A stretch of 41,521 nucleotides of DNA from an archaeon. GTDB taxonomy: Archaea > B1Sed10-29 > JAJRYS01. Positions 33,957 to 41,521 of the stretch are shown piece by piece. The stretch covers positions 1 to 41,521 of the forward strand of contig JAJRYS010000019.1 of the NCBI GenBank assembly GCA_024275665.1, read 5' to 3'. The notes below the pieces were generated by a model. It was not told the origin of the DNA. It saw only the letters and a program-made list of their open reading frames with translations, and did no database searches. The translations under genes were made by a program, and so were the position numbers. Position 1 is the stretch's first letter. Every line of letters starts with the position of its first letter.

Positions 33957-36146
33957 TCACTCTTGATACTTGCCCGTAATCACTTTCCTTATTTCTTCTG
34001 CTCTCTTCTCACCAATGCCCTCTACTTCTTCAAGTTCTTCAACAGTAGCATTGAACACTTTTTCAACACTGCCGAAATGCTTTAACAAGTTCTTAGCCAT
34101 GACAGGCCCTATTCCAGGCAAGCTTTCTACTATGAATTGTTGTTGTTCTTTCAAACTCATCGCGTGCTTCTCACCACGAAGCCTTACTTCTCTCTTCTCG
34201 CCGAACTGCTCTCTCCACGCAAGGAATTCTATGAAATCAGCAGAGTCTTTAACGCCTCTTGTCTGAATTACTGGAATTCCGAAATCAACTGTTATGGCAG
34301 CAAGAGCTCCTCTCAATGCCTTGTCACTCACGTTCCTAATTCCAAAAATCTCCCCTTCTATTAATAGTAAGGGTTTTTCAAAATTAGATTTCAGTTCTCT
34401 TAACTGCGAGAAAAGCCTGCCGTCTATTATGGACTGGACAAAGTCATTTGCTTCTTTCCTCTCCACTGCCAGCCTATCAGAGACTAAAAAATCTCCCACT
34501 GGGAGTTGTTTTGCCTTCAGTATTACTTTTCTGTTCAACAGTTCTCTTATGATGCCAGAAGCTGTTTCACGCGTGTCAGCGAATATCACTGGCTTTTCCT
34601 CTTCAAGATCTCCTATGAACTCTTCGAGTTTTTTCTGAGACTTGACTTCTTCACTGCTCATTCCTGAAAGCAATGACTTCATCTTCTTCTCCTTAGAAAC
34701 AGAAGACCAGTAATACGCTTCGTCCTGGGTTCCTTCTGTTATTAGCACTATTACTTTTCCCTCTTTGTGCCTGCCAGCACGCCCTCTTCTTTGAATGCTT
34801 CTGATCTCTGAAGGCACTGGCTCGTAAAAGACCACAGTATCAACTGCTGGAATGTCCAAACCTTCTTCTCCTATGGAAGTAGCTATGAGCACTTGGAATT
34901 CTTTGTCCCTGAACTTTTTTATTATCTCTGCTTGTTCCTTTTGACTCATGCCCTTCTCTCCTTTCCTGCTTGACTGCCCTATGAAACGCTTGCAAGCCAC
35001 TCCAGCATCCAAAAGCATTGCTTCTAACTGCTTAGCAGTGTCACGGTAATGAGAAAACAATATAACACTATTTCCAATGCTTGTTTCTTCTTTTACTATT
35101 TCCACTGCTTTCATCATCTTAGGATGAACTGCTCCTTGCTGTACTAGTTTCTCAGAAATCACGAAAGCCTTTTGAACTCTTTCGTCTTGTATCATTCTCT
35201 TGGAAGACTTTGACTTCTCCCTCCACAACTTTGACAAGTACTCTAACAACTGCTTTGGTCCTTGAGTTTCAAGAAGTTCAATCGCATGCTGTGCTTTAAT
35301 AACCTGGGATAACACGCTTATGAGCTGGAAGTCCTCGTAGTTCTTCTTTGACTGTTTCAAAAGCACTGACTGAGTCCTAAGCAGTTCTCTCTTAGAAGGA
35401 TTCCTAATCACTAACCCGTTCTCCCTGAGGATTGTCATCCTGTCTTTTAAAAACGCTTTAAGCAAAGACTGCACTGCTGCGAATTCTTCAGGAAGCCTCA
35501 CCCTCACCCATTGCGTTTTCTTCTTCTGCACATAAGGAGCAACGTCTTCGTCCTGTTCTGTTATTATCTCAACGTTTTCAATGAACAAGTTGTCACACAC
35601 TTCCTGAACCTTCTCTCTTGAAGAACCAGGAGAAGCAGTAAGAGCAAGAATCAACGCATCCTTCCTTTTTTTCTTGTACTGCTCTGCTATGAACACGTAA
35701 GAATACCCCCTCACAGCCCTGTGAGCCTCGTCAAAAATCACCAAAACCACTTTTTCCAAGCAAGCATTCCCATTCAAAATATCTGACTCAACGCACTGAG
35801 GAGTAGCAGTAAGAATCCTCTTCTCCCATAACTCTCTTCTCTTCTTAGCAACAGTTTCTCCAGTTAGCAACGCGAAATCATCTGCTGGGATTTTCATGAC
35901 TTTCTTAAGAGTGTTCAAATGCTGTAAGGCAAGAGGCCTTGTAGGAGCAAGAAACAACACCTTCCCGTCAGGGTTTTTCTCAAGCACGTGTGCAATGATC
36001 AAAGCAGCTATTATAGTCTTACCAATAGCAGTAGGAGCTGCTATGAGAGTGTTCCCTTTCTTGAAAAAACTATCAGCAAGCCTTTCCTGATACTTTCTAT
36101 CTTCAACCATCTCTTTTCTTATTAAAGGATGGCTTACGAATCCCAT
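33957..36146 (-). CDS. hef: Hef helicase-nuclease (FANCM/XPF family)
   Basis: APTAIGKT, DEAH, TASPG, QRRGRAGR; ERCC4 GDF..ERK; C-terminal HhH2; likely ATG at 36146. Confidence 0.95.
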   Translation of the reverse strand: MGFVSHPLIRKEMVEDRKYQERLADSFFKKGNTLIAAPTAIGKTIIAALIIAHVLEKNPDGKVLFLAPTRPLALQHLNTLKKVMKIPADDFALLTGETVAKKRRELWEKRILTATPQCVESDILNGNACLEKVVLVIFDEAHRAVRGYSYVFIAEQYKKKRKDALILALTASPGSSREKVQEVCDNLFIENVEIITEQDEDVAPYVQKKKTQWVRVRLPEEFAAVQSLLKAFLKDRMTILRENGLVIRNPSKRELLRTQSVLLKQSKKNYEDFQLISVLSQVIKAQHAIELLETQGPKQLLEYLSKLWREKSKSSKRMIQDERVQKAFVISEKLVQQGAVHPKMMKAVEIVKEETSIGNSVILFSHYRDTAKQLEAMLLDAGVACKRFIGQSSRKGEKGMSQKEQAEIIKKFRDKEFQVLIATSIGEEGLDIPAVDTVVFYEPVPSEIRSIQRRGRAGRHKEGKVIVLITEGTQDEAYYWSSVSKEKKMKSLLSGMSSEEVKSQKKLEEFIGDLEEEKPVIFADTRETASGIIRELLNRKVILKAKQLPVGDFLVSDRLAVERKEANDFVQSIIDGRLFSQLRELKSNFEKPLLLIEGEIFGIRNVSDKALRGALAAITVDFGIPVIQTRGVKDSADFIEFLAWREQFGEKREVRLRGEKHAMSLKEQQQFIVESLPGIGPVMAKNLLKHFGSVEKVFNATVEELEEVEGIGEKRAEEIRKVITGKYQE

Positions 36147-36368
36147 GGCTTGTTTTTTCTCATTCAAGCGTTTTAATGCTTTAGGATTCAAAAACAAGCT
36201 CTCTCCTGGCTTTGTTTTAAAAATAAAGCATTTGTGAAACTTTTTTACAGGAAAGACTTTTATACAAGTCAGTGCATAAGATTAGAAAGCCGATTTCTGA
36301 CGCATTCTGGGAAATCTGTCAAGTTAATCAATAGAATCTGTAAAAAAGACCGTGCGGAGGTGTTATTA

Positions 36369-36575
36369 ATGACAGATTTGCCCATAGCACCTGTTGATCG
36401 TCTTATTAGGAAAGCAGGAGCTCCAAGAGTATCAGAACAAGCAGCAGAATACATGGCAGAAGTACTCGAAGAATACACTTTGAAAATCGCTGAAAGAGCA
36501 AGGAAACTCGCAGCCCATGCTGGGAGGAAGACGGTAATAGCAGAAGACATTAAACTCGCGTTACAAGCAGCGTGA
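36369..36575 (+). CDS. Archaeal histone (HMf type)
   Basis: [22 protein letters not shown]...[24 protein letters not shown] before ATG 36369. Confidence 0.96.
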   Translation: MTDLPIAPVDRLIRKAGAPRVSEQAAEYMAEVLEEYTLKIAERARKLAAHAGRKTVIAEDIKLALQAA

Positions 36576-36629
36576 ACTGCTGACGCACCTTTCTTATTTT
36601 TAAACTCCTTTACTCATAATAAGAAGAGT

Positions 36630-37802
36630 ATGAAAGCAGATGAATTACTTAAGAGAGAACAAGGCAGGGCAGAAAGAGAGCCTATAAGAAGCCTTCTTGC
36701 TTCGGAAAAAAGTAGTTTAACTGGTTCTATTGAAAAGATCGTAAAAGGAAAAGAAGAAGCAACAAAACTAATAATCAACTACTATGCCGACCTTGCTATT
36801 CCAAAACTGGAATTTCTTAAAAAGCAAGAATTCTTCATAGATCCAGAAAAAGTAGAAGAGTTTGAAAAAGAAATTCAAGAAATGAAAAAAAAGCCCCCTA
36901 CTGCTAGGAATGCGGCAGAACTAATAGCCTTGAACAAAGAACTCGAAGAAAGAACAAGTCTTTTATTCGGAGATGTAAGAAGGTCCAAAAACCCTGAAGA
37001 AATAAAAAAATACTTGGAAGAATGGGAAAAAGCAGCTGAAGAAGTAAGAAGAGCCACGTTAGAAGCTAATAAGAGAATAAGCAAGCTGCCGAACGAACAG
37101 CAAGGAATAGCAAGAGGATTTATTCCAAAAACAAGAAGTGCTGAAAAAGAACTGAAAGAAGAAAGAAAAGACATTGAAGAAAAATTGAAAAAAGCAAGAA
37201 GAGAAAGAGCAAGGGAAGAAAGAAAAAAGAGAACAACAACTCAGTCGGTACAAAAAAGAAAACCAGAAGCAATCCCAGCAAGCGAAATGGCACGCATTGT
37301 AAGAGCAATAGAATCAACGCCGAAAGTTGAGAAGTATTTAAGTGAAGTAATGTTAGCAGAGAGAAAAAAAGCAGAAGAACAAGTTAAGAAAGAAATGGGA
37401 GAACTTCCCTCAGAGCATGACTTGATAAAACAAGCAATGAGAAACAAAGAATTCAGGAAAAGCATGTCAGCAGAAGCAAGGAAAAGAGGGTACGGAAGCG
37501 TTGAAAAATATGTCAAAGCAATAATAAACGGCAAAGAGACCAAAGTTCCAAGAGTAGCAAGACCATTGATAGAACAATTATCCATTGTGAAAAACGAAGA
37601 AGGAAGAGTAAAAGAAATCCTTGCAAAAGACGAAGCATACCAGGCAGCGAAAAAAGCACTTGAGTCTCATGAGAAAGCATTGAAACAAGCAGAAGCAGGA
37701 AGGCTGCAGGCCTTGTTAAAAAGAACGAAGGAAGTAAAGTTTTCCGAAAGTCAGAAAACAAGGATAAGAGGGTTGTTGCGCCGTGGCAGGAGGAAACGCT
37801 GA
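36630..37802 (+). CDS. Orphan charged coiled-coil protein with Arg-rich C-terminus
   Basis: 390-aa K/E/R-rich ORF ending RGLLRRGRRKR; TTTTAAAC about 30 nt upstream. Confidence 0.75.
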   Translation: MKADELLKREQGRAEREPIRSLLASEKSSLTGSIEKIVKGKEEATKLIINYYADLAIPKLEFLKKQEFFIDPEKVEEFEKEIQEMKKKPPTARNAAELIALNKELEERTSLLFGDVRRSKNPEEIKKYLEEWEKAAEEVRRATLEANKRISKLPNEQQGIARGFIPKTRSAEKELKEERKDIEEKLKKARRERAREERKKRTTTQSVQKRKPEAIPASEMARIVRAIESTPKVEKYLSEVMLAERKKAEEQVKKEMGELPSEHDLIKQAMRNKEFRKSMSAEARKRGYGSVEKYVKAIINGKETKVPRVARPLIEQLSIVKNEEGRVKEILAKDEAYQAAKKALESHEKALKQAEAGRLQALLKRTKEVKFSESQKTRIRGLLRRGRRKR

Positions 37803-37955
37803 CTGTTTGAAATGCAAGCATGCTTCAAAAATAAAATATGCTAGCAACGGATTAGTTAGCACTAAAATTAAATCATTGTACTGCAAAGCAAGAGATCAGA
37901 CAATGTACAAGTTCAAAGACTTCTACTACCACTTCTTTGAAAAGAGATGAAAAAC

Positions 37956-40745
37956 TTATTCTAACAGGATTGCTGGTTTTCCAGGCACTGCGTTCAACGC
38001 TTTCTCATGCCCTGACTCTCCCGCATTCATTACCACTACTTCTGCGTTGAATGTCTTCTCAAAGTAATCTTTTGCTTCTTCCAATGCTTTTAGCTCTCCA
38101 TCAAAAGACAATGGTTTTCTCAGCTCGTGGTATTTCTTTGAAACAAACTGCAAGAACTTAGCAGCTGCTTTGTGTTCTTTGAACTCCTCCATCAAGCTCA
38201 TTACTTGCTTAGGAGAGCCAAGCTCAAGAGCTTTTACTAACGCTTTTCTCTTCCACTCAGGAGCAACGAACAAAGTGATCTTCGAAGGCTTTACTCTTGT
38301 TATTTTCATAATATTGTTAATTCCTTCCTCTACTCTCTTTACTATTTCTTCCCTCTCCAACGCCTCCTCGTTAACAGCTTCAGGAGTTGGTATTTCAGAA
38401 GCGCTTATCAAGCCATCGTGACCAGTGCGTTGCCATAACTCTTCGCAAACGAAAGGCGTGAAAGGAGCCATTGTTTTTAACAAGACTTCGATGACTCTTT
38501 CAGCTGTCTTCCTGCTGTTTCCTCCTCTCTTTTCATAATACTGCAAGTCTTTCAGCAAGTCGAAGAACACAGAATTAATAGCTTTCCTGAAGTCATACTC
38601 GTTCATGAACTCGTGGTATTCTCTCAAGTGCTTGTCCAAACGAGCATTCATCCACTCGTCAATCCCAAAATCCACTCCATTAAAAGAAGAAAGTTTTTCA
38701 ACAGTACTAACCAGATTCTCCACGTGCTTCTTGTAATCAGTCACTATTCCTTCTCTCCATTCAATGTCAACAAAAGGAGAAGCAACGTGAGCGTAGTAAA
38801 AGCGAAGAGCATCAACAGAGTACTTGGCAGCTGCTTCCTGCGGAGAAGCGCTCGCTCCTCCTTTTGATTTTGAAATCTTCCCTCCCTTTCCAGTAACAAA
38901 CCAGTTCACGAAGATTCCCTTAGGCCAGTGCTCTGGCTTCAGGATTGCAACGTGGTTCATTACGTATACTGGGAAGTGCACTGTCTTATGCTCTTTGCCA
39001 CCAAGGTTAATGTCAACAGGATACCAGTACTCGAACTCCTTCTTAACCTCTTCCCACACTGGCTTTTCAGCACTGCCCTTGCCGAGGAACACGTAGTCGA
39101 AGAACTCGTCAGTCAATTCATCAAGCTGCAGTTTGCCAGTGTTCACGAACCTTGACACTACATAAAAAGCAGGATACAACGTTGAATCAGAAATAGGTTC
39201 AATAGTCCACCTCTCGTCAAAAGGAAGCTTAGTGCCAAGCCAGTTTCCGAGACGAGCGCAGGCCCTGTCCTGGAACCAGTCAAGCACTCCTGGCATGTTC
39301 TTGTAATACTCTTCTGGCAAAATGTTCATAATCCTAGCATGCTTTTTTGACTCTTCAGTCCATTCCTTGTCAGAGTATTTGATGAACCACTGGTCTGGGG
39401 TTTTCTTCAACAACACGCGCGCACCACAACGGCATATTACTTCTTCTGACAAGTCATACATAACGTCTGCTTTTCCCTCTTGAATAAGTTTTTGTTTCAC
39501 CATTTCTTTTGCTTGTTCCACTTTCATTCCAGCATACTCACCGCAGTTCTCATTCATTACTCCAGTATGGAATCCTGCCTTGTAAATGACCTTAGTAGCT
39601 TCCTCGAGTTTCGGGTCGTTCTGGTCTCTTATTCCCATCTCCTCGCATATTTTCTTCGCAGGAGTTTCCCCCCACTCCTTTGACCTTATTATTGGGATAA
39701 TCTCCAGTGCTTCGACTTCTTCACGCAACCCGTACCTGTCAAGCAGTTCTTTGTTCTTCTTCAAATCCATTAACGCCTGGTAATCGTAAGGAGCGTCAGA
39801 AGGCACAGAAGTAACAATCCCAGTGCCAAAGTCAGGGTCCACGAACTCTGAAGGAAGCACTATTATTTTCCTCTCTGCTCCAGGAGCAATTACCTTCAAG
39901 CCTATTAGTTCTTCTCCTTTCACTCTTTCCCCAGTGTCCTCCACATCCTCTCTTTGGAGTTTTAGTTTTTCAACGCATTCCTTGGAGCAAACCCATACTT
40001 CGTTTCCCACTCTTGCCTTCACGTATTCAACGTCAGGACGAACCCACAAGTTAGTCTGCCCGAACACTGTCTCAGGCCTTAGAGTAGCAGCTACTAAGTA
40101 GTAACCTTTTCCAGTGTCAAACTTCAGCACAGTGAATTCTTGTTTCTCAGCATTGCCTCCCTTGGAAATGTCAGTCTCACTAGGGTCAATGGCCACTGGC
40201 CCGCAGTTAGGACAGAAAGGAGCAACATAAGGTTTCTTCACAAGCAACCCCTTGTCCTTCAGTTTCCTGAACTGCCATTGAATGAACTTGTTATAATCAG
40301 GGAACACAGTGCAAGCAAGCGAATCCCAGTCAGCAAGAAAACCGAACAACTCCCAGTACTCCTTGTACTTGTTCATGAAATAACGAACAACGAAGTCAAC
40401 TTCTTTCATCTTCTCTATTTCCTCGTCAGAAGCGCCGTTAGCCTTCAAGTAATTAATCCACTTCTCATCTCCTTGGTTTACTTTCTTGGCAAAACCAATA
40501 GCCTGGTTGCCTGACGCATGCACTCCTACTGGGAAGAACACGTTAAAGCCAGTCATCCTCTTGTAACGAGCAATCATGTCAGCATAAGAATAACCACGCA
40601 TGTGGCCAACATGCAGGAAACCAGAAACTCCTGGATAAGCAAAATGAATGAAAAACTTAGGCTTTCCTTCCACTGCTTTACTCTTCCACAATCCAGACTC
40701 CAGCCACTTCTTCCTCCACTTTTCCTCCACTGCTTGAAAATCCAT
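37956..40745 (-). CDS. leuS: Leucyl-tRNA synthetase (archaeal type)
   Basis: LHVGH, ATLRPET.FG.TN, GTGIVTSVPSDAPYD, ISDSTLY, KISKSKG, KALNAVPGKPAI. Confidence 0.96.
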   Translation of the reverse strand: MDFQAVEEKWRKKWLESGLWKSKAVEGKPKFFIHFAYPGVSGFLHVGHMRGYSYADMIARYKRMTGFNVFFPVGVHASGNQAIGFAKKVNQGDEKWINYLKANGASDEEIEKMKEVDFVVRYFMNKYKEYWELFGFLADWDSLACTVFPDYNKFIQWQFRKLKDKGLLVKKPYVAPFCPNCGPVAIDPSETDISKGGNAEKQEFTVLKFDTGKGYYLVAATLRPETVFGQTNLWVRPDVEYVKARVGNEVWVCSKECVEKLKLQREDVEDTGERVKGEELIGLKVIAPGAERKIIVLPSEFVDPDFGTGIVTSVPSDAPYDYQALMDLKKNKELLDRYGLREEVEALEIIPIIRSKEWGETPAKKICEEMGIRDQNDPKLEEATKVIYKAGFHTGVMNENCGEYAGMKVEQAKEMVKQKLIQEGKADVMYDLSEEVICRCGARVLLKKTPDQWFIKYSDKEWTEESKKHARIMNILPEEYYKNMPGVLDWFQDRACARLGNWLGTKLPFDERWTIEPISDSTLYPAFYVVSRFVNTGKLQLDELTDEFFDYVFLGKGSAEKPVWEEVKKEFEYWYPVDINLGGKEHKTVHFPVYVMNHVAILKPEHWPKGIFVNWFVTGKGGKISKSKGGASASPQEAAAKYSVDALRFYYAHVASPFVDIEWREGIVTDYKKHVENLVSTVEKLSSFNGVDFGIDEWMNARLDKHLREYHEFMNEYDFRKAINSVFFDLLKDLQYYEKRGGNSRKTAERVIEVLLKTMAPFTPFVCEELWQRTGHDGLISASEIPTPEAVNEEALEREEIVKRVEEGINNIMKITRVKPSKITLFVAPEWKRKALVKALELGSPKQVMSLMEEFKEHKAAAKFLQFVSKKYHELRKPLSFDGELKALEEAKDYFEKTFNAEVVVMNAGESGHEKALNAVPGKPAILLE

Positions 40746-40747
40746 GA

Positions 40748-41224
40748 TCAAAAACCCCTTTCAACCAACACAAACACGTCTTCCTCCTGCCTGCCTATTA
40801 CTCCTTTCCTTATTATTCTTCCTTTCAGTCTTTTAAGAGTTGCGGAAAAATGCTTAGGCACGCTTACCAAAACGAACCTTGCCTTGAACCTGTCCAAGTA
40901 GTCCTCTGGCAATAAGTGGTAAGAGTCAAAACACACTAACAAGTCAAACTCCTCGCCAGTCCTGAAGTCATTAGTCAAATGATACTCCACGAACTTCTTA
41001 CGCGGCTCCACCATGTCCTCATCAACATCCACTCCTACTACTCTTTCCAAGACAAAACCGTTGTCAAGCAAGAACTTTTCAAACCACGCCCTGCCAACAC
41101 CGACGTCAAGCACTCTCAGCACTCTCGGCAATACCTCTAGCAAGACAGGAAGCAAGTCCTCGTACTTCTCCAACTGCTTCTCCTTCCACGATCCGTAAAC
41201 CCTGGAAGAAAACACCGAAACCAT
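40748..41224 (-). CDS. Class I SAM-dependent methyltransferase
   Basis: VLDVGVG motif I, VVGVD motif II, FDLLVC; likely ATG at 41224. Confidence 0.8.
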   Translation of the reverse strand: MVSVFSSRVYGSWKEKQLEKYEDLLPVLLEVLPRVLRVLDVGVGRAWFEKFLLDNGFVLERVVGVDVDEDMVEPRKKFVEYHLTNDFRTGEEFDLLVCFDSYHLLPEDYLDRFKARFVLVSVPKHFSATLKRLKGRIIRKGVIGRQEEDVFVLVERGF

Positions 41225-41278
41225 GATACAAGAACACGAAAGCAACGTTTTTAAACCCTGAGTTTCTAATTTTCACTA

Positions 41279-41521
41279 ATGAAACACTATCACTTGCTTG
41301 CATTAATACTCGCACTCACGCTGATCACCATTACTACTGCCACTGCTGCTTCTTACTACACCACGGTTGAACGCGGGCAGAACAAGATGTTCGTGAAAGC
41401 AGAAGAATATTCTTCAATTGAAATAATGGATAGACTAAACAATCCTAATCTTTACCCTGATTTTTGGTACAAAACAATTGTTATTAAGATAAAAGAAGAA
41501 AACAATTGCAATGTTTCAAAA
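41279..41521 (+). CDS. N-terminus of a secreted protein, truncated at the window end
   Basis: MKHYHLLALILALTLITITTATAAS signal peptide; TTTTTAAA about 25 nt upstream; open to the end. Confidence 0.7.
   Translation, partial: MKHYHLLALILALTLITITTATAASYYTTVERGQNKMFVKAEEYSSIEIMDRLNNPNLYPDFWYKTIVIKIKEENNCNVSK

Noticed and set aside
36234..36368. Apparent 45-aa N-terminal tail on the histone
   Set aside because: A strong SD (GGAGGTG) precedes ATG 36369 and the extension spans the likely promoter; it is not a Lys-rich tail
37903..37950. 15-aa aromatic-rich ORF MYKFKDFYYHFFEKR
   Set aside because: Too short and has no SD; it cannot be distinguished from chance, although an AT-rich element lies about 30 nt upstream
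6427..40745. Inteins in IleRS, AlaRS, MCM, topo VI, Hef or LeuRS
   Set aside because: Protein lengths and motif spacing are normal, with no intein-sized insertions
7555..40901. Numerous antisense ORFs rich in Ser/Phe/Leu inside housekeeping genes
   Set aside because: Expected shadows of the purine-rich GAA/AAA codon usage on the coding strand

Overview
A gene-dense archaeal housekeeping region, probably from a DPANN-type lineage. That assignment is inferred from the archaeal information-processing genes, charged orphan ORFs, Cys-repeat surface proteins and a multi-intron tRNA. Recognisable genes are a PRC-barrel protein, Hsp20, aMBF1, a site-2 protease, FtsZ2, IleRS, AlaRS, LeuRS, MCM, a presenilin-like protease, an RPA-like OB protein, aIF2-beta, aIF1A, RIO1, a KH protein (Dim2/Pno1), topoisomerase VI B and A, KsgA, Rpo4, L21e, S8e, Cgi121, Hef and a histone. 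Five observations stand out. (1) One ORF fuses a RaSEA-type radical SAM domain to the ArcS catalytic domain, making a candidate one-polypeptide archaeosine synthase. (2) A GC-rich RNA cluster at 4932-5659 holds an SRP RNA lacking helix 6, about 220 nt of unexplained highly structured sequence, and a tRNA-Thr(CGT) with two introns (15/16 and 37/38). (3) Three tiny, very acidic peptides missed by the ORF track form an apparent operon. (4) A DUF3326, small ORF and solo Cas4 block interrupts the aIF1A-RIO1-KH-topo VI cluster. (5) An AT-rich two-gene winged-helix module is present. No CRISPR array, transposase, integrase or intein was seen. All family calls come from motif recognition by eye, not from database searches.
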